A DNA stretch of 53,197 bases from Chromatiaceae bacterium (GTDB lineage Bacteria; Pseudomonadota; Gammaproteobacteria; Chromatiales; Chromatiaceae): NCBI GenBank assembly GCA_041753195.1, contig JBGSUY010000125.1:1-53197 (forward strand), read 5' to 3'. The notes under the pieces are model-generated. The model was not told the origin of the DNA, searched no databases, and worked only from the letters and a program-made list of their open reading frames with translations. Made by a program: the position numbers and the translations under genes. Below, piece after piece: positions 20,125-32,142 of the stretch; position 1 is the stretch's first letter, and each line of letters starts with the position of its first letter.

Positions 20125-20140
20125 GCATGATTCGGGCCAA
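20125..20140 (-). promoter_or_regulatory. Sigma54 (-24/-12) promoter of glnA
   Basis: Minus strand reads TTGGCCCGAATCATGC, i.e. GG-N10-GC, oriented toward glnA. Confidence 0.7.
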
Positions 20141-20396
20141 CCGCCCAGGCTCCTAGAGGTGTCCAGCCGCAGGCTCGGACGCTTGCTTCGTTGAGTGGCG
20201 GTGGAAACAGGATCGCGCTCGGTCGTCCGCCTATGATGGTTGATGGGGGGCGGCAAAGGGTTCAATTGACGCATCCAAAGTAGTCGAATCGGCAACAGGA
20301 AGAAACTGAGCAGAGAGGCGCTGGGCGACGGGAGCAGCAGCGGTTGAAACTCTTTGCCGGCTGGACGCACCGGAAACGCCCATGTAGCGCCGTTAA

Positions 20397-20413
20397 AGCA
20401 CCATAATGGTGCA
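20397..20413. promoter_or_regulatory. NtrC enhancer site (further half-sites GCACC at 20367 and GGTGCA at 20449)
   Basis: AGCACCATAATGGTGCA matches GCACC-N5-GGTGC; lies upstream of the sigma54 site and the glnA-ntrBC cluster. Confidence 0.85.
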
Positions 20414-21168
20414 CATTAGCCAAAATAGACCTCTGGTCGCGAAATTCCGGTGCATGGGCCAGGGCGCGGTTGAAATGCGGTCGTAGTAGGCTTGGGTCTT
20501 TATCCCGTTCCAGACAAGTTCCCAGTCGAAAGAACACTTATCTTACACATCGATCGGGGGCGGGCGATGTAGTGCGGAACCTCGCGCCGCCGCTCAGTAG
20601 CGGCGGGGATCCAAGACCACGCGGAGGGCAGCCGAGCCAGGACCTAGGCACGCATGGGCAGCTCGGTTCCGGGGGCAATCGGATCGCCATCTAGCGGGCA
20701 TGCTCCTGAGGGCGGTCGCATCTGGCCCCTGAACTGCGCGCGTACCGACCAGGAGGACCAGATCGTCAGATAACGAATCGGACAGGGAAGGGATCCCGTC
20801 GGCGATCGGGGTCTGTCCAACGATCCCTGCCCCGACCCTGGTGATGCAAAGGGTAACGGCGACCAAGGGCCCGCCGTTCACGCTGTGGCGGCGAACCGCT
20901 CCTGGTTTGAGCCGGGAGGGTACACGGGGCTGGCGCTGGTGCGCGTTCGTGGAGTGGCTCAAGAAGAGCGCGGCTCACAAGGAGCCGACGCGGCTGCCTT
21001 GTCTGATCGGGGAACTGGACGAGTGACCGGTGCGCGCCGCCTGCGCGGCTTTATGGTGATCTTCCTGCCAAGGCTGGTCCCGCGAGGCTTAGGCACGGGC
21101 ATGGTATCGCGAGCGCGCTACTAGCTATACTGCCCGACCCGAGTCGTTGTTTAGATCAGGAGGCGCAG

Positions 21169-22077
21169 GTGAGTCTGGAGCGCGAGGACGTCTCGACGTA
21201 CCAGGGTTTGATCTTTGCGTTGGAGCGGTATTGGGCGGCGCTTGGCTGTGTTGTGGTCCAGCCCTACGACATGGAGATGGGGGCGGGGACCTTCCATCCC
21301 TCGACCTTCCTGCGCTCGATTGGTCCCGAGCCCTGGCGGACGGCCTATGTGCAACCCTCCCGTCGTCCGACGGACGGGCGTTATGGTAAGAATCCCAATC
21401 GCCTGCAGCACTATTACCAGTTTCAAGTCCTCTTGAAGCCCTCCCCGCTGGAGATACAGGACCTCTACCTGGATTCACTCAGATTCCTCGGCATTGACCC
21501 GCTGGTACACGACATTCGCTTCGTCGAGGACAACTGGGAGTCCCCGACCCTGGGCGCTTGGGGCTTGGGCTGGGAGGTCTGGCTGAACGGGATGGAGGTA
21601 ACCCAGTTCACCTATTTCCAGCAGGTAGGTGGGCTCGATTGCCGCCCCGTCAGTGGGGAAATCACGTATGGCCTGGAGCGGATCGCCATGCACCTGCAGG
21701 GGGTCGAGAGCGTCTACGACCTAATCTGGAGTCGTTCGCCAGCTGGCAGCGCGGTAACCTACGGTGATGTGTTTCTGCAGAACGAGATTGAACAGTCGAC
21801 CTTCAATTTCGAGAAGGCTGACGTTCCCGCCCTGTTCGCGCAGTTTGACACATGCGAGCGGCTGAGCACCCATCTCGTGGAGTCGAACCTGCCTCTGCCC
21901 GGCTATGAGCAGGTGCTCAAGGCCTCGCACACCTTCAATCTACTGGACGCTCGAGGGGCGATTTCCGTTACCGAGCGGCAAAGGTTCATCCTGCGAGTCC
22001 GCACCTTGGCGCGCGCCGTCGCGCAGGCGTATTTCGACAGTCGGGAGGCCCTTGGCTTTCCTATGTTGCAGCGATAA
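21169..22077 (+). CDS. glyQ: Glycine--tRNA ligase alpha subunit
   Basis: [54 protein letters not shown]. Confidence 0.98.
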   Translation: MSLEREDVSTYQGLIFALERYWAALGCVVVQPYDMEMGAGTFHPSTFLRSIGPEPWRTAYVQPSRRPTDGRYGKNPNRLQHYYQFQVLLKPSPLEIQDLYLDSLRFLGIDPLVHDIRFVEDNWESPTLGAWGLGWEVWLNGMEVTQFTYFQQVGGLDCRPVSGEITYGLERIAMHLQGVESVYDLIWSRSPAGSAVTYGDVFLQNEIEQSTFNFEKADVPALFAQFDTCERLSTHLVESNLPLPGYEQVLKASHTFNLLDARGAISVTERQRFILRVRTLARAVAQAYFDSREALGFPMLQR

Positions 22078-22086
22078 GGGGCCCCT

Positions 22087-24168
22087 ATGTCGGACCAATG
22101 TCAGGATCTGTTGCTCGAGGTAGGCACAGAGGAACTGCCGCCAGCTGCGCTCAAGGGGCTCGCTGACGCCCTTGCGTCAGGATTCAAGTCACGGCTAGTG
22201 GAACGTGGACTCGGGTTTGGTGAAGTGGAGGCCTTCGCGACGCCGCGCCGACTTGCGCTCCTGGTCCGTCAACTCGTGCCTCGCCAACCCGATCAGGAGA
22301 CCCTGAGGCGCGGACCCGCCGTCAGCGCCGCTTTCGGTGCGGACGGCGCCTCTACGCGAGCTGCGGAGGGTTTTGCGCGGTCCTGCGGCGTACCGGTCGA
22401 GGAGCTTGAGCGTGCGGAGACCGACAAAGGTGAGTGCCTCGTATTCCGCTATCGCTCGACGGGCGCAGAGACGATGTCACTGGTGCCCGAGTTGCTGGAA
22501 CAGGCCCTGTCCGGGCTGCCGATCCCCAAGCGGATGCGTTGGGGGGGGGGTGACGTCGAGTTCGTCCGGCCCGTCCATTGGGTATGCCTGGTCTACGGTG
22601 AGTCGCCCATCGAGGGGCGGGTGCTCGGCGTGGCGGCTGCGCCCGAGACCCGCGGACATCGGTTTCACCACCCGGATGCCATTGGGATCCAACGAGCAGG
22701 CGACTATGCAGAGTGCCTCCGGGAGAAGGGGTACGTGGAGCCGTCTTTCGAACGCCGCCGCCAGATGATCGTGGATCAAGTCACAAGGCTGTGGGTCGAT
22801 GAGGGCATGGTGCCTCTGATAGACGCCGATCTGTTAGACGAGGTCACGTCCCTTGTGGAATGGCCTCGTGCGATTCTAGGGCGCTTCGACGAAGCATTCC
22901 TGTCGCTTCCTCCGGAAGTCCTGATCGAAACCATGCAGAAGAACCAGAAGTACTTCCCGGTTCGAAGAGCGGACGGCAACCTGGACAACCGGTTCATTGC
23001 GATCGCAAATATCGAGAGTAAAGACCCTGAACAGGTTCGTGCGGGGAACGAGCGGGTAATTCGGCCCCGCTTCGCAGACGCCCAGTTTTTTTGGGAACAA
23101 GACCTCCGCAGACCCATGGAAGCCCTAATTCCTAAACTGGAGTCGGTGGTCTTTCAGGAGCGGCTCGGATCCCTTGGGGATAAGAGCAGACGCGTGTCCA
23201 AGCTCGGCGGGACCCTCGCAGGATGGATCGGCGAGACATCCGACTTGATCCTCCGGGCCGCCCTATTGGCCAAGTGCGATCTTGTGAGCACCATGGTCTA
23301 CGAGTTTCCCAGCCTTCAAGGTACCATGGGGCGCTACTACGCGGATCATGGGGGTGAAGATCCCCGCATCAGCGAGGCCATGGAAGAACAGTATAAGCCC
23401 CGGTTTGCGGGGGACAGCCTCCCGGGCTCGTCATGTGGGCGTCTGCTGAGTCTGGCAGAACGACTCGACACCTTGGTTGGTATCTTCGGAATCGGCGAGC
23501 GTCCCACCGGCGCAAAGGATCCTTACGGGCTGCGCCGGGCCTCCATCGCCGTGCTTCGCATCCTGATTGAAACGCCCTTGGGCATCGATTTGAGAACGGC
23601 ATTAGAGGAGACGTCGGCCGGATTCTCCACTGGCATATTGGCGCCTGGGACAGTAGAGGACGTGCTCCGCTACATGTTGGATCGGCTCTCCGGGTATTAT
23701 CAGGATCAGGGGATCCCAGAGGACAGGGTAGAGGCGGTCCTGGCAACTGGCGAGACAACTCCGAGTCGGATCGATCGCCGGGTACGGGCCGTGCATTCCT
23801 TTCGGAAGCTACCCGCTGCGGAGGCCCTCGCCGCGGCCAACAAGCGCATTCGGAACCTCCTTTTGAAGACGGACATTGCGGTTGGCGCACTGGCGGAACC
23901 CGACCCCACACTGTTCGCATCCCCGGCGGAGGAACGGCTCTGGGGGCGTGTCCTTGAGCTGCGGGAGGTCGTAAGGCCCCTATTGGATCGACAGGATTTC
24001 GCAGGCGCCCTCGACCGCTTGGCGGAGCTCCGCGAGGACGTCGATGTTTTTTTCCAGGATGTCATGGTTATGGTCGAGGACCCTCTCCTGCGACGCAATC
24101 GTCAGGCGTTGCTTTCGGGGGTCCTCCAAACGTTCCTCAACGTCGCCGACATCTCTCTCCTACGCTGA
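22087..24168 (+). CDS. glyS: Glycine--tRNA ligase beta subunit
   Basis: LLEVGTEELPP, TPRRLA, PKRMRWG, FVRPVHW, GNERVIRPR..DA, DPYGLRR. Confidence 0.97.
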   Translation: MSDQCQDLLLEVGTEELPPAALKGLADALASGFKSRLVERGLGFGEVEAFATPRRLALLVRQLVPRQPDQETLRRGPAVSAAFGADGASTRAAEGFARSCGVPVEELERAETDKGECLVFRYRSTGAETMSLVPELLEQALSGLPIPKRMRWGGGDVEFVRPVHWVCLVYGESPIEGRVLGVAAAPETRGHRFHHPDAIGIQRAGDYAECLREKGYVEPSFERRRQMIVDQVTRLWVDEGMVPLIDADLLDEVTSLVEWPRAILGRFDEAFLSLPPEVLIETMQKNQKYFPVRRADGNLDNRFIAIANIESKDPEQVRAGNERVIRPRFADAQFFWEQDLRRPMEALIPKLESVVFQERLGSLGDKSRRVSKLGGTLAGWIGETSDLILRAALLAKCDLVSTMVYEFPSLQGTMGRYYADHGGEDPRISEAMEEQYKPRFAGDSLPGSSCGRLLSLAERLDTLVGIFGIGERPTGAKDPYGLRRASIAVLRILIETPLGIDLRTALEETSAGFSTGILAPGTVEDVLRYMLDRLSGYYQDQGIPEDRVEAVLATGETTPSRIDRRVRAVHSFRKLPAAEALAAANKRIRNLLLKTDIAVGALAEPDPTLFASPAEERLWGRVLELREVVRPLLDRQDFAGALDRLAELREDVDVFFQDVMVMVEDPLLRRNRQALLSGVLQTFLNVADISLLR

Positions 24169-24176
24169 GGCTTACC

Positions 24177-24518
24177 ATGGAATCAGTCTCCTTTGAAACT
24201 ATGATGGATGCGGTCCATCTCTTCCACGAGAAGCATCGATTTCGGGAGTTGGGCGGCGAGGAGATGACCTATCGCATCTCTCTGATGGTCGAAGAGCTTG
24301 GAGAGATTTCCTCTTGTGTTACCAAAGGACTCGCGAAGTCTCAGCTAGCGGAAGAGGTGGCCGACTTGTTGATCCTCATCCTCGGAACAGGAATCGCGCA
24401 GAATATCGATCTAGAGCGGGCCTTTTGGGACAAGATGGCCAAGCTTGAGCGTCGTGAGGCCCGTATTATCGACGGGCGTATCCGAGTCTCGGCGTTTCGC
24501 GGTGAACCTGATGATTGA
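24177..24518 (+). CDS. MazG-like nucleotide pyrophosphohydrolase (small, all-alpha)
   Basis: LMVEELGEI..., LAEEVADLLILILG: ExxE/ExxD metal-binding pattern. Confidence 0.75.
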   Translation: MESVSFETMMDAVHLFHEKHRFRELGGEEMTYRISLMVEELGEISSCVTKGLAKSQLAEEVADLLILILGTGIAQNIDLERAFWDKMAKLERREARIIDGRIRVSAFRGEPDD

Positions 24519-25059
24519 GCGACTCGTCATCGTGGATCGTGACGGCGTCATCAACGAGGACTCAGACGAATACATCAAAGGCCCAGAGGAATGGAAACCC
24601 TTACCCGGAAGCATCGATGCACTGTCCCGCCTGTATCATGCGGGATATCGCGTCTGCGTCGTCTCCAACCAATCGGGACTGGCACGGGGCTTATTTGGGC
24701 TCGCCGAACTTAACGCCATACACAAAAAGCTTCGGGACCTCCTCGCCGCACAAGGTGCGCAAGTCGAGATGATTGCATTCTGTCCCCACCTCCCAGCACA
24801 CAGGTGCAATTGCAGAAAGCCCCGTCCTGGTCTCTTGCTGACTGTTGGGCAGCGTTTTGGATTGTCACTCCGTGGCATTCCGTATATCGGTGACTCAATC
24901 ACCGACGTGATGGCAGCACGGGCGGTGCAGATGGCACCTTGGCTCGTTCGAACAGGGAAAGGGGAAGCTACACTTGAGCGTAACGGTGCATCCTTGGATG
25001 ATGTTCGTGTGTTCGCCAATCTTTACGGCGCAGTAGATGCTCTGCTGCTCGGTCTTTAG
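24511..25059 (+). CDS. gmhB: D-glycero-D-manno-heptose-1,7-bisphosphate phosphatase
   Basis: DRDGVIN, SNQSG, CPH....CNCRKP.PG, IGD...D HAD motifs; glyS-gmhB-plsC order. Confidence 0.92.
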   Translation: MIERLVIVDRDGVINEDSDEYIKGPEEWKPLPGSIDALSRLYHAGYRVCVVSNQSGLARGLFGLAELNAIHKKLRDLLAAQGAQVEMIAFCPHLPAHRCNCRKPRPGLLLTVGQRFGLSLRGIPYIGDSITDVMAARAVQMAPWLVRTGKGEATLERNGASLDDVRVFANLYGAVDALLLGL

Positions 25060-25061
25060 AT

Positions 25062-25781
25062 GTGATTTTTCTGAGATCCGCACTCTTTTTCGTTCTCCTT
25101 TCCTCATCGGTGGTCCTATTCGGAGTGCCAATCATCCTGTTGGGACGACTCGTCCCCAACCTGTGGCTCTCACGGATCGCCCGCGCCTGGGGTCGGTCGA
25201 TTCTCGTCCTGTTGAGGGTTATCTGTGGACTCGGCTATCGCGTTCGCGGGATGGAGAATCTGCCTTCAGAGTCGGCGATCGTTTTGTGCAAGCATCAGTC
25301 CGCTTGGGAGACAATCGCAATCCGCGCCCTATTTCCGCTCCCTCAGACCTGGGTGTTAAAGCGAGAGCTCCTCCGGATCCCCATATTCGGGGGTGCGCTC
25401 GCTGCGTTCGATCCAATTGCGATCGATCGTGCCGCTGGCCGTAGGGCCGTGAAGCAGCTTCTCGAACAAGGGACAAAGTGGCTCGACCAAGGACGCTGGG
25501 TCATCATCTTTCCGGAAGGAACACGGGTTTCGCCTGGTGAACGAAGCTCCTATGGAATTGGGGGAGCCATGCTTGCCGAGAAGAGCGAACGGGTCGTTGT
25601 GCCCGTGGCCCACAATGCTGGCGTGTTCTGGGCTAGACGGAGCTTCCTGAAATACCCTGGGGTGGTAGAACTCGAAATTGGTGCCCCGATTCCCGTCGAA
25701 GGCCGACGAGCGGTCGCGATCAATCGAGACGCTGAGCGGTGGATTGAGTCAGCGGTTGCGGAACTCCCAGCGCAACGGTGA
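25062..25781 (+). CDS. plsC: 1-acyl-sn-glycerol-3-phosphate acyltransferase (PlsC family)
   Basis: KHQSAWET, KRELL.IP.FG, IDR, IFPEGTR. Confidence 0.85.
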   Translation: MIFLRSALFFVLLSSSVVLFGVPIILLGRLVPNLWLSRIARAWGRSILVLLRVICGLGYRVRGMENLPSESAIVLCKHQSAWETIAIRALFPLPQTWVLKRELLRIPIFGGALAAFDPIAIDRAAGRRAVKQLLEQGTKWLDQGRWVIIFPEGTRVSPGERSSYGIGGAMLAEKSERVVVPVAHNAGVFWARRSFLKYPGVVELEIGAPIPVEGRRAVAINRDAERWIESAVAELPAQR

Positions 25782-25886
25782 CGCTCTGCCTTCTCCGGTT
25801 CCCACGCTGCCACTCTGGGGCGCCCAGTTAACCGTGGTCGCTGCGGTGGAAACACGGTATCGATCGGCGGGAGGACAGCGCACATG

Positions 25887-28295
<2,409 letters not shown>

Positions 28296-28457
28296 CTATC
28301 TATCTCTTAAATAGATCCGGAAATGAGAGAGCGGCCGCTGTGTCGGAACGATGCGCCAGAACCGACTACACGGGCCTAAACCGGAGAAGGAACAGCTGGA
28401 GTGCCACCAAGAGGCACACGCGGGTGCCTTGGATAAGGAGAGAGGCGCAGAGGCCGT

Positions 28458-28473
28458 GGTTCCACGTGGAACG
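28458..28473. other. parS centromere-like site
   Basis: GGTTCCACGTGGAACG, with the perfect 14-bp palindrome GTTCCACGTGGAAC; matches the parS consensus GTT(T/C)CACGTG(A/G)AAC and is origin-proximal. Confidence 0.88.
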
Positions 28474-28506
28474 TTTCGGGGCAGACGCCCCGCAAGCACA
28501 GAAGAA

Positions 28507-29610
28507 TCAAAGTCTCATCGGCATGACAACAAAGGTCTCCTCAGACATCCCCAATCCCCTCCAGATGGAACTGCTGTTCCCGTCCTCGAAGCGAACCTCC
28601 ACCTGGTCCCCCTCAACTGCCCCGAGGACGTCCGAAAGATAGCCCACGTTGAACCCGAGCGTCACCGGTTCTCCTTCCAGGAGCGAATCCACCTCTTCCA
28701 CAGCCTCCTCCTGCTCTGGGTTGTGCGCCTGCAAGCGCACAACATCCGTTTCAAATTCCATCCGAATACCTCTGAACTTTTCATTCGATAAAACAGAGGC
28801 TCGCGTCAAAGCGCCTCTCAGGCGTTCCTTATCCAGAACGACACTACGCCCAAGCGCAACCGCGATGACCTTGCCGTAGTCTGGAAAACGCCCGTCGATC
28901 AACTTAGACGTTGTCACCAAATCTCCAACTTCGAACCGGATCGTCCTATCGCCAACCGAAACTCTGACCGCAGAAGTGCTCGCGGAAAGCTGGCGGCGCA
29001 ACTCCATAACCGTCTTGTACGGCACGATGACCGCGCGTCCCTCGCCCTCCAGACCAAGATCAGCGTGAACGTCAAACCGCGACAACCGGTGTCCATCCGT
29101 GGAAACCCCCCGAATTCCCGCCTCATCGAATTCTAAGAGCAAGCCGTTCAAGTAATACCGCACGTCCTGTTGAGCCATTGCGAACCACGTCTTTTCCAGG
29201 ACGCGACGCATCGAACCTTCCTCCACTTCAAACGTTTGACTCGCTGGATCAGCCTGCATAAGCGGAAAATCGCTCGCCGGGAGAGTTCCGAGAACATAAC
29301 GGCCACGGCCTGAGGTAATCAGAATCCGATCTCCGCTCGACTTGAGCCGCAAATCCGATCCTTCCGGAAGGTTTCGCACGATATCCAAGAATTTCCGTGC
29401 TGGAATCGTAATTTCCCCGTCCTGAAGCACCTGCGCTTGGCAACTACCTCGAACCTCCACCTCCAGGTCCGTGCTCACCACGATAAGGATATTCTCACCC
29501 ATTCGCAGAAGCATGTTCCCCAAAATAGGCAACGTTTGCCTTCTCTCGACCACCCCCGCCCCACGACCAAGCACGGGCAACAGGTGCTCTCGGTTCACGA
29601 GGAACTCCAT
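28507..29610 (-). CDS. dnaN: DNA polymerase III beta clamp
   Basis: RQTLPILGN, STDLEVE, FAMAQQDVRYYLNG, STDGHRL, SKLIDGRFPDY, VVMPMRL. Confidence 0.97.
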   Translation of the reverse strand: MEFLVNREHLLPVLGRGAGVVERRQTLPILGNMLLRMGENILIVVSTDLEVEVRGSCQAQVLQDGEITIPARKFLDIVRNLPEGSDLRLKSSGDRILITSGRGRYVLGTLPASDFPLMQADPASQTFEVEEGSMRRVLEKTWFAMAQQDVRYYLNGLLLEFDEAGIRGVSTDGHRLSRFDVHADLGLEGEGRAVIVPYKTVMELRRQLSASTSAVRVSVGDRTIRFEVGDLVTTSKLIDGRFPDYGKVIAVALGRSVVLDKERLRGALTRASVLSNEKFRGIRMEFETDVVRLQAHNPEQEEAVEEVDSLLEGEPVTLGFNVGYLSDVLGAVEGDQVEVRFEDGNSSSIWRGLGMSEETFVVMPMRL

Positions 29611-29614
29611 GAAA

Positions 29615-29807
29615 CTCTCCTCTTAATTACTCTGTTTCTTAAAATACGTATATCTGTAGTAAGCCCGGTGCAAAACCGCATAAACGAGGAAACTATCGTT
29701 GAAACAGAGAGTTGACCGCTTCCGGTGATGTGGGAATCTGGCCTTAGAGTCTGTGAAAAACCGGTGGATTAGTTGCGTGCGCTCGCCTGTCAACAGGCTA
29801 TCCACAG
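29615..29807. other. Probable chromosomal origin oriC (dnaA-dnaN intergenic)
   Basis: DnaA-box-like 9-mers CTATCCACA 29798, CTGTCAACA 29787, GGTGGATTA 29763, TGTGAAAAA 29752, TGTGGGAAT 29729; AT-rich tract 29621-29663. Confidence 0.72.
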
Positions 29808-31142
29808 CTAACAGGTCAGGGTTCTCAACAAGTTCTTGTAGTCTTCTTCGATGGTCGAGTCGCTGTCGATCAACTCCCTAACCTTGCGTGTTGCGTGAAG
29901 AACCGTTGTGTGGTCCCGCCCACCGAAGGCCTGACCAATCTCGGGCAGACTCTTCTTCGTGAGCTCCTTCGCCAAGGCCATCGCAAGCTGGCGAGGCCTG
30001 GCCACCGAACGGTTGCGCTTCGCCGACAACAAATCGGCGGTCCGCAGGTTGTAATATTCTGCCACGGTCTTCTGGATGTTCTCGATGCTTACCTGTTTGT
30101 CCTGAGCGGCGAGCATGTCCCTTAGGGCCTCCTTGGCGAATTCCATCGAGATTGGCTTGCCGGTGAACTGAGAGTTGGCGACCAAGCGTCGCAGGGCCCC
30201 CTCGAGCTCCCGAACATTGGAACGAATTCTCCGCCCCACGAAAAAGGCGACATCGTCAGGCAAGGCAACGCCAAGCTGGGTCGCCTTGCTGTGAAGTATC
30301 GCCACGCTTGTCTCCAAATCTGGAGGATCGATGGCGACGGTGAGCCCCCAACCGAAGCGCGATTTCAGGCGTTCCTCAAGGCCTGCAACCTCCTTTGGGA
30401 AACGGTCGCTCGAAAGTACGATTTGCTGGCGCGACTCAAATAACGCATTGAAAGTATGAAAGAATTCCTCTTGCGAGCGATCCTTTCCGGCAAAAAACTG
30501 TACATCATCGATCAACAAAGCGTTCACAGATCGGTAGGACTTCTTGAAGTCGTCGATCTTGTTGTGCTGAAGAGAACGGATCATCTCGGCGACAAACCGC
30601 TCGGAATGCAGGTAGACCACCCGAGCCTGGGGGTTGGTGTCCAAGATCGTGTTGCCGACGGCATGCATCAGGTGCGTCTTGCCCAACCCCACACCGCCAT
30701 AGATGAAGAGGGGGTTATAAGCGATGCCCGGATTCTGGCCAATCTGGATCGAAGCCGCCCGCGCGAGTTGGTTGGATTTGCCCTCGACGAAAGTGTCGAA
30801 CGTGAACTCGGCGTTCAGATTTCCCTCCGCGCGCCGGGCATCCGAGTCGGAAGGCCCACGACCGCCGACTGAAATGCGAGCCTTGACAGAAGCACGGCAC
30901 CTTTCGATTCCGCCGATCTCGAAACTGATCCGGCTGACGGAGCCGTTGCTCAAGCGCTCGCAAAGATCTCCGATGCGCCCCTCGTAGTGCTGCTGTCCCC
31001 AGTCCCTCACGAATTTGTTGGGTGCCAACAGCCGAAGCACCGGACCTTCCACCCTTGCCTGGAGCGGCAGGATCCAGGTGTTGAACTCGGCGGTCGTGAG
31101 GTCCCCCTGAAGTGACGCGACGCATTGCTTCCAAAGATCCAC
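29808..31142 (-). CDS. dnaA: Chromosomal replication initiator DnaA
   Basis: [62 protein letters not shown] start at 31142 chosen (ATG 31160 possible). Confidence 0.97.
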   Translation of the reverse strand: MDLWKQCVASLQGDLTTAEFNTWILPLQARVEGPVLRLLAPNKFVRDWGQQHYEGRIGDLCERLSNGSVSRISFEIGGIERCRASVKARISVGGRGPSDSDARRAEGNLNAEFTFDTFVEGKSNQLARAASIQIGQNPGIAYNPLFIYGGVGLGKTHLMHAVGNTILDTNPQARVVYLHSERFVAEMIRSLQHNKIDDFKKSYRSVNALLIDDVQFFAGKDRSQEEFFHTFNALFESRQQIVLSSDRFPKEVAGLEERLKSRFGWGLTVAIDPPDLETSVAILHSKATQLGVALPDDVAFFVGRRIRSNVRELEGALRRLVANSQFTGKPISMEFAKEALRDMLAAQDKQVSIENIQKTVAEYYNLRTADLLSAKRNRSVARPRQLAMALAKELTKKSLPEIGQAFGGRDHTTVLHATRKVRELIDSDSTIEEDYKNLLRTLTC

Positions 31143-31239
31143 CTGAACCCCCAAGGCCATGTTGTTTCCCGTCGACGCCCCCAGTGCCAGCCAGGTTCCC
31201 CGCACATCCATGCGCATTCGCCAAACAGGCCGACCGGTG

Positions 31240-31277
31240 GGTGGACAGTCTATCCCCCTGCCGGCTGGTTATCCACA
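31240..31277. promoter_or_regulatory. DnaA boxes in the dnaA-rpmH divergent promoter region
   Basis: Perfect TTATCCACA 31269-31277, degenerate GGTGGACAG 31240 and CTATCCCCC 31250. Confidence 0.75.
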
Positions 31278-31398
31278 GGCGAGACGGGCATCGGTGCCGC
31301 AAATCATGTTGACTACGAGGCTGAAAACTCTTATCTTCCCGCGCCTTTGCTCCTCGGGCATCAGCGAAGCCCAGTTCCCTCGAGCCAGGACACCTAAC

Positions 31399-31533
31399 AT
31401 GAAGAGAACGTTTCAACCGAGCCGGCTCAAACGGGCCCGCACCCACGGTTTTCGTGCCCGAAACGCGACCCGAAACGGGCGCAAGATCCTCGCCGCCCGC
31501 CGTGCGAGAGGGCGTGTTCGCCTAACCCCCTGA
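31399..31533 (+). CDS. rpmH: 50S ribosomal protein L34
   Basis: [21 protein letters not shown]...[13 protein letters not shown]. Confidence 0.97.
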   Translation: MKRTFQPSRLKRARTHGFRARNATRNGRKILAARRARGRVRLTP

Positions 31534-31928
31534 ACGAGGCAAGGAGCCTCGACGCGTCGCCCAGGTCCCCGCAATCTGGCTTTCCCCCGGAACTCCGTCT
31601 CAGCGACGCCAAGGCCTTCCGCCGCGTGTTCGCAGGCGCTAAGCGTTTCGGAGGCAGCGGCTTCAGGGTCCTTGCCCGCAATGGGGCCGCCCCGAGGCCG
31701 CGTTTAGGTCTTGCCATCTCCAAGCGTTGTGCAAGCCGAGCCGTCGACAGAAATCGCCTCAAGCGGATTGCCCGCGAAAGCTTTCGACTACGGGCCTCTG
31801 AATTGCCACCTGTGGACGTCGTCGTCGTCTGTACCCGGGATGCACGGCAATTACCCTCCGAACAACTGCGGCAGACGCTGGATGAGGCCTGGGATCGAAT
31901 CAGGAGCCTGACATGGGACGACTCGTGA
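31530..31928 (+). CDS. rnpA: RNase P protein component (probable CTG start overlapping the rpmH stop)
   Basis: FPPELRL....[27 protein letters not shown] (RNR motif). Confidence 0.9.
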   Translation: MNEARSLDASPRSPQSGFPPELRLSDAKAFRRVFAGAKRFGGSGFRVLARNGAAPRPRLGLAISKRCASRAVDRNRLKRIARESFRLRASELPPVDVVVVCTRDARQLPSEQLRQTLDEAWDRIRSLTWDDS

Positions 31929-32134
31929 TCCTTTTGGTCCGCGTCTACCAGTACCTCATCAGCCCGATGCTAAGGCCCCACTGCCGGTTCTACCCGACGT
32001 GCTCCCATTACGCCATCGAGGCGATTGGACGTCACGGTCTAGGGCGGGGCGGCCTGCTTGCTCTGCGTCGTCTGTCGTGCTGCCACCCCTGGCATCCGGG
32101 TGGCATTGATCCAGTGCCACCTAAAACCCAGTAG
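31913..32134 (+). CDS. yidD: Membrane protein insertion efficiency factor YidD
   Basis: [31 protein letters not shown]. Confidence 0.95.
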   Translation: MGRLVILLVRVYQYLISPMLRPHCRFYPTCSHYAIEAIGRHGLGRGGLLALRRLSCCHPWHPGGIDPVPPKTQ

Positions 32135-32142
32135 TTCCCTCC

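Noticed and set aside
21092..21106. AGGCACGGGCATGGT upstream of glyQ as a sigma54 promoter
   Set aside because: It lacks the -12 GC at the required spacing; TATACT at 21126-21131 suggests a sigma70 promoter instead.
22541..22550. G10 homopolymer in glyS as a phase-variation tract
   Set aside because: It is in frame (W-G-G-G) in an essential gene, so ON/OFF switching is implausible.
28296..28499. 67-aa ORF between dnaN and gyrB as a gene or as recF
   Set aside because: Far too short for RecF, no Walker A motif, and its VPRGT peptide is simply the parS palindrome translated.
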